Shown: piece after piece, positions 1 through 12,218 of the stretch
How positions within the stretch are numbered: the first letter of the stretch is position 1
How the letters are laid out: every line of letters starts with the position of its first letter
Source of the DNA: Eledone cirrhosa
Lineage: Eukaryota
Assembly (NCBI GenBank): GCA_964016885.1
Contig: OZ024761.1
Location: 1,860,001-1,924,000, forward strand
DNA: 64,000 nt
Reading direction: 5' to 3'
The notes under the pieces: model-generated
What the model was told of the DNA's origin: nothing
Seen by the model: only the letters and a program-made list of their open reading frames with translations
The model's database searches: none
Position numbers and translations under genes: made by a program

Positions 1-120
1 GTATTTGTCCCCATCTTTTGCGCACTTGTGGCAAATAAAGAAATTTATCTATCTATCTATCCACCACAACCACCATCATCATGTGTGTGTATCTGTGTGT
101 ATGTGTATAATATATATATA

Positions 121-301
121 ATTGTTTCTACATTAGGCACAAGGCCAGCAAATTACCCAGTGCATTACTGGTACTTTATTTTATCGACCCCGTAAGGATG
201 AAAGGCAAAGTCAACCTCGGCGGGATTTGAACTCAGATCGTAAAGGGACGTAACTATGCTGGAAAGCATGGCGTTCGACCCTCTACCGATACTGCCAATC
301 C
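121..301 (-). mobile_element. tRNA-derived SINE, family 1 (Meta-domain-like body)
   Basis: B-box GAGTTCAAATCCC, body GACTTTGCCTTTCATCCTTACGGGGTCGATAAAATAAAGTACCAG. Other copies at ~4164-4350(+), 25204-25395(+), 37455-37828(-, two), 43130-43280(-), 44197-44390(+), 49560-49750(-), 54637-54826(-). Confidence 0.85.
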
Positions 302-441
302 ATATATATATATAATGAGATGATATATGTATTGGAGGAGGAGACAGAGAAGGATAGAAAGGTGTAATACAGTATACTAAATGCCGATAGCCGTTTTAAA
401 CAGCGACTCCTCCATTTATTCATTTTGCTTATATATATATA

Positions 442-2060
442 GACCCAACAGTGGGAGCAGCTATTGTGATTGATGACTATAGGGTAAAAGAGGCAATTAA
501 GGAAATGAAAAGTGGTAAGGCCGCTGGACCATCAGGGACAGTTGCTGAGATGCTGAAGGCATCAGGTGACGTAGGAACAAAACTAGTTGCACACATAGTC
601 AATCAGGCTATATATGACAAATTCATACCCCAAACTGGTGCAGCAGTATTCTTATAAATTGCTACAAAGGTAAAGGGAATGCTCTGGAGAGGAGCAATTA
701 TAGGGGCATAAAACTGATGGATCAGGTTATGAAAGTGGCAGAAAGAATATTAGTGCAACTAATTAGAGAAAGGGTCAAATTAGATGAGATGTAGTTTGGT
801 TTTATGCCTGGAAAAAGTACAACAGATGCCCTCTTCTTAGTGAGACAACTACAAGAGAGTTTCTTAGAGAAGAATAAGCCACTATACTTAGTTTTTGTTG
901 ACCTAGAGAAGGCCATTGATAGGGTACCCGATATGTCATCTAGTGGTCCCTAAGGAAACTAGGTGTAGAGGAATGGTTTGTGAGGACAGAGCAAGCTATG
1001 TACAGGGGTGCTGTCTGTAAAGTGTGAGTAGAGATGGAGTTCCAGATACAAGTAGGAGTGCATCAGGGTTCGGTCGTCAGCCTGCTCTTGTTCATTATAG
1101 TCCTCCAAGCCATAACATGGATGCCCATGCTGTCGATCTGGTACTTATAGCAAAAATCAGTAGAGGAGCTAGAGAATAAATTCTGGCTAAGGAAACAGCA
1201 GTTGGAATCAAGAGGACAGAGTGAACCCAGCTAAGACAAAAGTATTGATGAGTAGAAAAGAGGTCAAAACTCTGATTCCATCAGGGAAATGGCCATGTTC
1301 GATATATAGAAAAGGAGCTGACATAAATTCTATAAAATGTACACAATGCAGATCTTGGGTACACAAGAGATGTAGTAAGATAGCAGGAAAACAGGTAGGG
1401 AAAACTACATATGCAGTAGTTGTTCAGGGAAAATTGATAGTTACAGTGTCAGTGATAGGCACATTTTCCAAATGTAGGTAGAATCTATAGAGGTGGTTGA
1501 TAGCTTCCGGTACCTAGGTGATCAGATTAGCAAGGGAGGAGGATGCTCCGAAGCCATAGCATTTAGAATAAAGACAGGATGGAAGCAATTTAGGGAGCTG
1601 CTTCCTCTGTTGACAACAAAAATTTCTTTCTATGAACGAAAGGCCGGTTATATGATGCCTGTGTGAGATGTGTGATGCTGCACGGTAGTCAGACATGAAG
1701 CAAGCATGCTCCGATGGATGTGCAATGTCAATGTGCGTGAATGACCAAGCATAGATGAGTTGAGAGAGAAACTGTGTATAAGAGGGATAAACTGTAGTGT
1801 GCGGGAGAGAAGACTGCGCTGGTATGGACATGTGATGTGCATGGAAGATAACCACTGGGTGAAGAAGTGCCAAGAAATCCCATTGGAAGGAAGATGCAGT
1901 AGAGGAAGACCATGACAAACATGGGTGGAAGTGGTAAGAGCTGATCTCAGATCGCTGAAGCTCACAGAGGAGATGATGAGGGACCATGACAAATGGAGAG
2001 ATGCTGTGCTGAATAGGACCTGTCCCACCCTTGCAAGGAACGAAAGACAAACGTAAAATG
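442..2060 (+). mobile_element. degraded 5'-truncated RTE-clade LINE (family C tail)
   Basis: Fragments GKAAGPSG, NYRGIKL, FVDLEKA, GKWPCS; many stops and frameshifts; (GAT)n tail. Confidence 0.85.
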
Positions 2061-3385
2061 ATGATGATGATGGTGATGATGGTAATGGTGGTGATAGTGG
2101 TGGTGGTAGTGATAGTGATGGTGATGATGATGATATATATATATATATATATATAACGTAATTTAAAATTGGAAATTATCGTAAGCTGCCGACATGCAAA
2201 AAAATTTACATTCTCCACCCTGGTATTCGGACATAAACCAAAAGACCCCAATTTACCCACTTGAACACACACTTCACACATCAACACACCCCTATACACC
2301 ACCATCATACTCTTAATTACCACAATTATTATAATGTTTCATCAACTTTATCATTGTCCTTATCACCATGGATATCTTTTTGCTACTCATGTCCCTCATT
2401 ATTAACCCCTTAGCAGTTACATTACTCTATATATATTATTGTATTTTTGTGGTAAAGGCTTTATCTTACATAATTATCTCACATAATATGAAGTCTATGA
2501 GATTGGGATATTATCTATTTTGAACCCCCTCTCTGTGCTCCTGAGGAAAAGGGTTGCACACTTTTTTCGGGGGTGTGTGCGACCCCCCAAGGCGCCTCCT
2601 CTCTATTGAGGATTTTGTTATAAATTTTATTTTTTGTTATATTTTATTTTATTTTTATATTTTGTTATTGAGGTCGCCTTTTTGTGTAAACTCCCCCCTC
2701 TGTACTTGTCCCACTTTTGATGCCCTGGTGGCAAATAAAAGAAACATATCTACTTTGAAAACAATACCTTCACACCAGTATCAACAGCTGGCTACAGCCA
2801 GTTTGAACAGAAAGAGGTGAGAGCATTCTGGCCAGTTTAAATGATATCACTCTTTATTAACCAGTTTCACCCACCTGAACACACACTTCACACCCCAGCC
2901 ACTCACATACACCACCACCATCCTATTACCACAATTATTATCATTATTATCATTTATATCATCAAATCATAGTTATTATTACCATTATTTTGTTAGTATT
3001 AACATTTCCCATTTTATTAAACATCTTTCTTTATCAAACCTTTTCACTCTTATAGATATTTACCTAAATTTCTATACCACCATATATTCCTGTAGGATAT
3101 TTCTCTCGGTGTATGTACTAGTACATATATACTTGTGTGTGTATGTCGGTAGGAACACTGATTCACAAGTATCAATGTGTATCCACTGGCATGCCGACGT
3201 GTGTGTATGTGTGTCTATGCCTGTGAGTACGTTTGTATGTGTGTATATGTGTATACATATGTACAGACGTGTACATATATACGCATGCGTGTTTGTCTGT
3301 AACTATGTATATTTGTATGTGTGTGTGTGTATGTGTGTATATGTTAACCTATATAGTTAGTGTAGCAACTAATTCATTTATTTAA

Positions 3386-3572
3386 CCCTTTAGCATTCAA
3401 ACCGGCCATATCCGGCCAGAATTCTCTCACCTCTTTCGGTTCAAACTGGCTGTAACCAGCCACTCATACTGATGTTAAGGTATTGTTCTCAAAATAAGTA
3501 ATATCAAAAATAAGAAAAAACCTCTACTGCAAAATACAATAGTATATGTAGAGTAATGTAAATACTAAAGGG
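3386..3572. mobile_element. piggyBac-type MITE
   Basis: TTAA|CCCTTTAGCATT ... AATACTAAAGGG|TTAA; TIR closely matches that of the element at 19283. Confidence 0.85.
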
Positions 3573-4380
3573 TTAATCATCTATTTATTTATAAAATATT
3601 CATCCCTCACTCACCACAGTTCTTACTCCTACAAATTCTAGATACCCCAAACCCCCTTAATATATATCTCTTACATACTAGCCACACAACTGGAGACACA
3701 AGGCCCCCTGTCCCTTTACCCCCACCCCTTCTTTCTCAGTGTTTTATTTTTAACTTATTTTAATTTACTTTTATTTCACTGCACCAAACATCTGACCAAC
3801 ACAAACCCGACCTATGAAACAACCAAAACACCACACCTTCACAACTCCCCTACCATCTCTCTCTCACCACCCCTTCATTATAATCCTCCCCTCACCTATC
3901 ACACATACCCAAACATTCCTTCTAACAAAAGCACCAGTCAAAACAAACTAAAACTGACCACCATAAATGAATGTGAATCGTTATATACTGTTTCAAAGCC
4001 CTAAGAGGTTCATTGTGTCATTACCACAACAGAAGTCCAACGAGCTTTTGATTCCAGAGTCTGGCCAGATCGATACAGATCAAACCTTGAGCTGGTCAAT
4101 AGTGAAACACGCGTCACTACTCAATAAATGTAATGAAGACATAACAAATCATTATTATTATGGCAGTGGATTGGCAGTATCGGTAGAGGGTCGGACGCCA
4201 TGCTTTCCAACATAGTTACGTCCCTTTACGATCTGAGTTCAAATCCCGCCGAGGTTGACTTTGCCTTTCATCCTTACGGGGTCGATAAAATAAAGTACCA
4301 GTAATACACTGGGTAATTGCTGGCCTTGTGCCAAAAGTAGAAACAATTATTATTACTATATATATATATATATATATATA

Positions 4381-4731
4381 ACGGTGCCATCCAGCGCCAG
4401 GCTCCCAAACTGTGGTTCTGCACCTGTCTTTCCTCATAGCAATGCCATCCAGTAATGGGCCCTAAAACTATGGTAACATTGTGAGATGGGTTCATTGCAG
4501 CTAACTGGCCTCTCCCTCCTCATAGTGGTACCATCCAGTACCAGGCCCCAAAACTATCGTGATGCTGTGAGATGGTTCAGGCTCCTTGAATCGGTGCCAC
4601 CCAGTACTGGGCTTCAAAACTGGTTACGTTGTGAGATCGATTTGGCGTGGCCAACCCTGGCCAGGCTTGCCTCCCAACTTGGACGACCCGTCTAACCCAT
4701 GCAAGCAATGGATGCTAAACAGTGATGATTA

Positions 4732-4732
<1 letters not shown>
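4381..4732 (+). mobile_element. non-autonomous element with four degenerate internal repeats and an RTE-type 3' tail
   Basis: Repeated GTGCCATCCAGTACCAGGCCCCAAAACT-like unit; ends CCGTCTAACCCATGCAAGC...GATGAT like the RTE copies. Confidence 0.55.
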
Positions 4733-4772
<40 letters not shown>

Positions 4773-4813
4773 GAAAATAAAACAAAGAAGCCTTCAATAC
4801 ATCAAAAGTCTTT

Positions 4814-4858
4814 ATTAGCCAACAATGTTTCGTCCTATTAAGGACTCATCAGGGCAAT
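4814..4858 (-). ncRNA. minimal type I hammerhead ribozyme (Penelope pLTR type)
   Basis: Minus strand reads GAUUGCC-CUGAUGA-GUCCU(UAAU)AGGAC-GAAA-C(AUU)G-UU-GGCUAAUAAA: intact core, 5-bp stem II, stem I GCC/GGC, then AAUAAA. Confidence 0.8.
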
Positions 4859-5168
4859 CAAAACTACAAGAAGCACTATCGGCCAATACAAGCCGAAAAC
4901 TCCGAAGAATATGGAGTGTACATACACTAAAGTATTGGAAGATTATGGGTAAAAATATATAATAAAAATCACTAAGGAGGTGGATAACATTTTGAACCAT
5001 ATTACAAATATAGTCCAAAGCAAAAAAACTAGAGCTAAACAAAGGTGGTTATATAGAGCGGGAATTATAGTACTATATGTAATACAATATAATATAATAT
5101 ACTTGTAACAAAATTAAAATTAAAAGGCACAATATACATATGTATATATATACACACACGTACGCACA

Positions 5169-6030
5169 TCTATCTATATATATAAAACTGTGGTTGTCTG
5201 TCTATCGATTTTTGGCACACATCTCCTCTTAGAATCTCTCACGGAATTGCACCGAAATTGCTATACTTGTACATTGAGCCCTAGCGAAGACATCGGAAAA
5301 AAAAAAATTTCAAATTGACCCACCCTATGTGACGAAATCGAATATAATGTATCGATTTTTGAGTGTAAGTGATCAGTTATTTCCCTTTGTTCTGTTTACA
5401 TTGAGCGTCTTACGTAAAAAATTATGCTGGCTTTAACAGTTGTCGAGCCAGCAAAATATTGACCTGCAAAATTCATCAGTTCGAACACTAAGCTTCCGTT
5501 TTGCTTCATTTCCATTTAAAAGCATTTTAAAACAATATTTTTACTTGAAAACAAGTCTATTTAAAGACTACGTAAAACAAGCAAATATTTCGTCGTTAGG
5601 CGTGCAGACAGACAGTCGTGCAGAGAGGTGATATAGGCGTGCAGACAGATAGTCGTGCAGAGAGGTGATATAGGCGTGCAGACAGATAGTCGTGCAGAGA
5701 GGTGATATAGGCGTGCAGACAGACATAACTGATAATTTGGTTACGCTAATGTTTTTATCTGCGTTGCAGTGTTTACATTTTCGATCTTTGTTAATAAATA
5801 ACCAGTGCAGTTTTTATCCCCAGCATCCTCTTTTGTTATAACATTCGGGTTATCGTTATGTTTTCTTAACTTCATAAGGCATATTGTTGTTTGAGGGAAT
5901 ATTAATCAAAAACACCACATGCAAGTCTGCACAGTAGACACTACAGTTTTTAAGCCAAAAAAGAAACTTAACATTGTAACTTTAACACAGCTACTGAGCG
6001 ACCCCGAGCAACGCCGGGTTTTACTGCTAG
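5169..6030 (+). mobile_element. non-autonomous Helitron
   Basis: 5' TCTATCTATATATATAAAACTG..GTCTGTCT; 3' hairpin CCCGAGCAACGCCGGG followed by CTAG|T; internal 37-bp tandem repeat at ~5596-5724. Confidence 0.75.
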
Positions 6031-6253
6031 TAAACTATATAATTATATATAATTTTTTTTCTCACCTGCTCTCTAACTCTGTATGAATTGATTTGTTAAC
6101 TTACATGCCATTATATATTATTATTATAGTGTTATTGTGACATCTATATTGCTTGTGTTAATTAACCGGAGATTATATTATATTATATGTCATTTCTATA
6201 ATACGAAGAGGGTGTTTAACTCCAACACGCTCCAGTATTTTAATCCTTATATA

Positions 6254-6292
<39 letters not shown>

Positions 6293-6294
<2 letters not shown>

Positions 6295-9200
6295 CTAATA
6301 TATAAAGTGAAGTTGGGCGTTGTTTGTTTGTTTGGTGTCCCGAACTTGCAGGCTACACCGTTCATCCGATTTTCATGAAACTTGACACATATATAAAACT
6401 CGACCCGTAGATTGGAATAGGCTACTTATAATCGGACGCCTAGAAGCCAAAAATCGATAATCGGGCCCCCAGAAGCCAAAAATCGATAATCGGGCCCCCA
6501 GAAGCCAAAGATCGATATTTTCAAAAATAGTCCGATTTCAATGAAACTCGACGCAAGTGTGTATTTTGATCCAGGGATGAACGTGGGCTACGATAATTGG
6601 ATCACCAGAGGCAAAAATCGATATTTACAAAATTTGTCCGATTCCATTGAAATTTGACGTATGTATTTTGATGCGGCGATCGGACCCACCAAAGGCAAAA
6701 ATCGATATTTTCAGAATTCGTTCGATTTCAATGAAATTTGATATTACCACAATAATAGATCCATCAGTAGTTACTCCTAGGCTGAAAAAATTCAGAAAGT
6801 TTTTTTAAACTCATAAATCTTGCGTTAAATGAGACCTTTAAGAGTTAGGGCAGACAATTATTCATAGTTTAATTATCAATGGCGCAATATCTTCTACCCT
6901 GGCGCCAATTCTCCATGCAGAGCCTTAAAGCATCCCTCGCGCAAACCGTTATCTATCAGCTTCATTAAGCATCACCATCCGGCAACCGAAAAATGCCATT
7001 CTTCTTGCTTCCATTTGTCGCGACTCCCGCCATGCAAAAAACGTTCAATCTAACAGGATTATCCACCGTAAATTAACGCTCACCATATTCAGCAAACCTT
7101 TTATGCCGATTCTTCCATTTCTTATATAAGGACTCTCAAGACTATACCGCCACGCATCATCCTGTATTGCGCCCAGTCTTCTCAAGCGATCATCGAGCCT
7201 CCATGCGTTCTCTTCATTCCCGTGGTCCCACTACCATAGCATAATGAGGCATCCGTCAACCACTGCCCTCTCCCTTCCCTGCATGCCGTCGATCCACTGC
7301 AACGTTGTGCATCACCATGCGCATCTCTGCCCTGTCAGCCGCAATTCATTCCCCGGCCCTTTCCATTGCCTGCCCTCTGTGGTCCCTAAGGACTGCCACA
7401 GTTCAACATGCCGAATCCCTGCCACCGTCCACCTCTGCCCATTTCCATTGCCTACACTCCGTGAGAGCTCAAGACTTCCATGCCTGACCAAGCCGCATCC
7501 ATGCCCTCTCCCTTCCCTGCACGCCGTCATCCCATTGCATCGTCATGCCGCATTACTGCCCTGTCGGCCACCATCCCCTCCTCAGCCCTTTCTTTTGCCT
7601 GCCCACCGTGCTCCTGCCTTGCACCCAGTTTTCTCAAACAATCATTGTGCCTCCCGGTGCTCTCTACATTCCCGAGGTGCAACTCAATTGGCATGCCACA
7701 TCCACGCCCTGTCAGCCGCCATGCACTCTGCCCTTTCGTCATGCCTTATGTTGCATCCATGCCCTGTCAGCCTCCATCCAGTCCCCAACCCTTTCCACTG
7801 CCTAGACATGGCAGTCTTGAGGGACCAAGTCGCATACCTGCCACCGGCAACCCCTGAACGCCGTCGTCCCACTGCATCACCATGCCGCATCAATGCTCTG
7901 TCAGCCGCCATCCCCTCCTCTGCCCTTTCTTTTACCTGCCCACAGTGCTCCTTCAAGACTGCCATGCCTCACCATGCGGCATCCTTGCCACCGTCCACCC
8001 CTGCCCTCTTCCTTGTCTGCTGGCCGTCGTCCCACTGCATCGTCATGCCTCAGGATGCTGCATCGATGCACTGTCAGCCACCATCCCCTCCTCGGCCCTT
8101 TATTTTGCCTGACCGCCGTGCTCCTTCAAGACTCCCATGTCTATCTATGCCGCATCAATTCCTTGCCACCCGCTTAAACGTCATCAGCATGGCTTATTGT
8201 TGCCCTATTTGACCACCGATTTTCGCAGGCTAAACTCAATACCAACGTGCACGATAGTCCATGGTAAATCTTTTTAATTACATGTTCATCTTGCTAAGCA
8301 AAGGATGAATAGCAACTATTTCATTTCTCCTGACATGCCTTTCTGTCAATTATGGCCGAGAAGCATCCTGTGTAGCATCGCGTCTTCTCAAACAATCAGC
8401 GTGCCTTCCACTGTCCTCACAATTGACTAACAATGCCACATCTATTCCCTGCGATGCCCCTAAACATCATCAGCATGGCTTATTTTTCTGCCGCGTTTAA
8501 CCGGCCCTCATTCTAGGCCATAAATAACAAAACCGCACGATGATGCTGCATAAGTCTATTTAAATTAATGAACAGCAATACAATTGTACCAATTCTTCCT
8601 CTTCACCTCCAAGGCCTATGCATTACATCTTAGAGGTCGGGATTCGCAATTTCTACGATTTCAATATTGACACAACAGTCCGTCAGGTTTTTCGGCACAT
8701 GTTGCTCCGATAGGAATATCAACGTGATTTTCACTTAATTCGTAAGTGTTCAGTCTTCCGTATGCTTTTATTTTTTATTGATACAACACCGACTACAATC
8801 ATCTAATTTCACTTTGTAGGCTAGACGCGAATCACAAGGAAAACAATCCTCTGATATACAACCCCACCAAATTCTTTGGTCTACCTAGATTTCAATGGCT
8901 ATATCCTTTGCTTTTGTACGATTGTACATTTGACAATGTCGCAAAACATTATTCCACTTGATTCTTACCTTTCAGCTATGAATTGGGCAGTGCCTTAAAA
9001 TCCCGGTTTATTTGCGTGCAATTTTTTGGTATCTTATGAATGGAGAATCGAAAACCCTTTTTCTCATAACCTTATACATGCGTTACACATGCTCCATGGA
9101 TGTTTGTGGACTATTTTTTCAAAATACCAATATCTCAGATTGGAGCATAAAAAGAAACGTTTGTTCTTCATTTATTTCGGTTAAAGCATCCTGCTGGAAT

Positions 9201-9977
9201 TTAGCACAGACCCGTTTAAATCAAGCGACTTATAACCCCAAGTGTAACCAGGTACACCAGCTATAAAGACAAATGGAAACATTGTTTCCTCGGTCCGATT
9301 TGACGAAAGTCGATTTAGTTCCACAACAAATTAACAAACCAGACTTGAAGACACGTTGAGGCTGTTGCAAAGGGCAATAACCCTAGACACAATTTTGATC
9401 AACCTTTTTTCACTTATAGCAAATTTACCAGGACAGGTTTTTAGCTACTCAAATCTACTTCAGAGGTCACGCATTCATGTAAAAAATCAATAAAACTGAA
9501 GCGGGGGTTCGACTTTGCGCAAAAAACAAGGCAAAGTGGCACATGGGAAAACTTTTTACAGGAACGTCCGATTTTCTTGAAAACTGTTGCAAAAGACTCG
9601 CCATTATGCCGCAGTTCAGATAAAATCCCTTTTATTTTTTCTTCTGCACATGTGAGGGCGAAAATTGTAAAAAAAAAAAGAATGAAAAAAAAAAAATCGA
9701 CTTTTTCACCCTGCTTTAAAAATCAACTGAAAATTCAATTTCAAGTGAATTTGACTTTCGTCAGTCGTGCAAAGAACAATTTCAACGATACACTGTGAAC
9801 CTACAATTGATCCATTATTTATGCTCAATTACACACCTGCGTCTACTAACCTCTGTTTTTTTTCCTTGAGGTTCAAAGGTTTTTGCACCTGTGATGCGCG
9901 GGAAGTAACTTTCACACATTTTAACAACAGAGCAAAGGTCGAATTACACCCGGGCAACGCCGGGTACTTCTGCTAGT
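6293..9977 (+). mobile_element. ~3.7-kb non-autonomous composite Helitron
   Basis: 5' TCTAATATATAAAG..(GTTT)n; subterminal repeats AATCGATAATCGGGCCCCCAGAAGCCAAA; 3' CCCGGGCAACGCCGGG hairpin + CTAG|T; flanked by (TA)n. Confidence 0.7.
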
Positions 9978-10059
9978 ATATATATATATATATATATATT
10001 AGGTAATTCTGAAAAAAAAAGCAATGGAAAAAAAGAGTGCTCTATGTATAGAACAGAGC

Positions 10060-10285
10060 TATTTAATTAGAAAGTGAACAACACAAAATATAACTAGTCC
10101 ATTACCAAAGGTTTCTGGATCCCAGACAATAATATATACGTCTGGATCGGTCATCAGACAGAGATGTTTTCTGATAACATCTCTGTCTGATGACCGATCC
10201 AGGCGTATATTAATATTGTCTGGGATCCAGAAACCTTTGGTAATGGACTAGTTATATTTTGTGTTGTTCACTTTCTAATTAAATA
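10060..10285. repeat. ~110-bp-arm near-perfect inverted repeat with a hammerhead motif in each arm
   Basis: Arms 10060-10168 and 10176-10285, 7-nt spacer. Plus arm: UCUGU-CUGAUGA-..GAUCCAGGCG..UGUCUGGGAUC..-GAAA-CC(UUU)GG-UA-AUGGA at 10182-10247; mirror copy on the minus strand. Confidence 0.85.
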
Positions 10286-10348
10286 TATATATATATATAT
10301 ATGCAAAAGTTTTATTTAAGATTGTTGGGTTACAACGAGTAATTTTTG

Positions 10349-10414
10349 TATTTTGTCTGAGGAAGGCATAACATATTTTTAATATGATATCCCAGAAATA
10401 TATATAACGAAATA
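10349..10414 (+). ncRNA. minimal hammerhead ribozyme motif (pLTR fragment)
   Basis: UUUUGU-CUGAGGA-hairpin(CAUAUU/AAUAUG)-GAAA-UAUAUAUA-ACGAAA, followed by AAUAAA; downstream sequence resembles that after the 38461 copy. Confidence 0.65.
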
Positions 10415-10461
10415 AATATGGTTTTATAAATATAAATATAGTTTCCATTTGTTTAATATCG

Positions 10462-10493
<32 letters not shown>

Positions 10494-10707
10494 GAGAAGT
10501 GTATGAGTGAGTGCGATGCACATAAAAGATGAAGATGAGAAAAAGAAAAAAAAACATAGGTTAGAGGTTAAGATACTTTTATAAAACAACACCCGCCTTC
10601 ATAGTAAAGACAGAAACGGGAATTGTTTTTTTAAAATAATCTGTCAAAAAAGACAGTACAGTAGCATATGTTGTTGTTGGTGTTGCTGTTGGTGATGGTG
10701 CTGTTGT

Positions 10708-11165
10708 CAGGGCCGGATTTATAGTTTAGCAGGCAGTATCCCTATCAGAGGGGGTGGGACCTAGTAAGATAGGCGTGCTTTTTGGTTTTATCTTTCAGAC
10801 ACATCAGAATAATAGTTTTAACAAAAAGTTCTTAATGTCAAGGCTGTAGTCAATCCATCAACATTTCTCTACTTTAGCAACATCAGATAGTTGTTGTAGG
10901 AAGTAAGGTGATGTGATCGTCCAGTTTTATGCAAGAATATGGTGTATATGTGCATGTATCCATGAGTGTATTTATAAATGCATATATATATATATATATA
11001 TATATTGGTGTATGTGTTTGTTTTTACATTTAAGTGTGAATGTGCACTTAAAATGAAAGTGATCAAATTTTTTTTATTTATTTAACCTCTGTATGGTTTT
11101 TTTTTGTATGAGGAGCCCCAAAAACTGTATGCCCTGAGCACACCCAAGTTCTAAATCCAGCCCTG
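10708..11165. mobile_element. hAT-type MITE
   Basis: TIR CAGGGCCGGATTTA / TAAATCCAGCCCTG; perfect 8-bp TSD GCTGTTGT. Confidence 0.85.
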
Positions 11166-11529
11166 GCTGTTGTTGTTGTTACTGATGTTGGTGCTATTAT
11201 TGCTGTTGTGGGTATTGTTACTGTTGTTGCTGTTGTCGTTGTTGGTAGTGCTTTTTCTGTTATTGTTACTGTGATTCTTATCGTTACTGTTATTGCTGTC
11301 ATTGTTACTGTTATTATTGCTGTTGTGTGGCCCCTGACACACACACACATTATGAAGGGCTGTGGTCAACAATGATAACTGTTTAAACCATACAACATTT
11401 GGGAAGCCTCATACCTGCTGTTAATCATATTGGAGTAGTGGTGGCTCTCCATGCAACCTGGATACAGTCCAAGAAAGAGTGGTTTGGTGGTGTTGAAGTG
11501 GCACTGAAGACATTTGGTGGTATTGGAAT

Positions 11530-12065
11530 GGTGTAATGATGGTGTGGTACAGTGTTGGTAGTGGTGTAGCAGTAGATCAGTGGTGTGGTGTAGTTTTGTG
11601 GTGGTGTAGTGAGGTGGTGGTGTGGTGTAGTGTAGCAGTGAATGGTGTGGTGAGGTGGTAGTAGAGGTGGTGGTGGTAGTGATGGTGGTGTAGTGTAGTG
11701 GTGTGATGTGATGTAGTGTAGTGTAGTGTAGTGATGTGGTGTAGTAAGTTGTAGTGTGGTTTGGTGTAGTAAGTTGTAGTGTGGTTTGGTGTAGTAAGTT
11801 GTAGTGTGGCTTGGTGTAGTGTAGTGTTATGGTGTGGTGTGGTGGTAATAGTGGTGGTGGTGTAGTGGTGTGGTGTTGTGTAGTGTAGTGTAGTGTAGTG
11901 GTGTGGTGTAGCGTGGTGAAGTGTAGTGTAGTGTAGTGTGGTGTAGTGTGGCATGGTGTGGCGTAGTGTAGTGATGGTGGTGGTAGTAGCTTGGTGTAGC
12001 GCGGTGCAGTGTAGTGTAGTGTAGTGGTGGTGCTGTAGTGATGGTGGTAGTAGCAGTGTGGTGGT
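11530..12065. repeat. (GTAGT/GTG)n low-complexity tract in the AAAS 3' UTR
   Basis: Directly visible. Confidence 0.9.
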
Positions 12066-12068
12066 AAA

Positions 12069-12218
12069 TCAGTCTTTGTCAGACATAGAGGAGGTGAACA
12101 GTAAACAGTCTGGCTGAGGTCCAAACTGTGGCGCCATCTGGAGAACTCCAGCAGAAGCTATTTTGTCAGGAACGAAGAAATAAAATGGAATTTGAGAGAT
12201 TTTCCCACTGGACCAAAC
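12069..12218 (-). CDS. AAAS: AAAS last coding exon: VWSSGKISQIPFYFFVPDKIASAGVLQMAPQFGPQPDCLLFTSSMSDKD*
   Basis: ttcttcag acceptor, TGA at 12069-12071, Aladin C-terminal WS.G.I..IP.YF motif. Confidence 0.92.
   Translation of the reverse strand, partial: VWSSGKISQIPFYFFVPDKIASAGVLQMAPQFGPQPDCLLFTSSMSDKD

Noticed and set aside
7244-8212. 322-aa Pro/Cys/His-rich ORF and overlapping ORFs
   Set aside because: Degenerate C-rich repeat open in several frames on both strands; no recognisable domain
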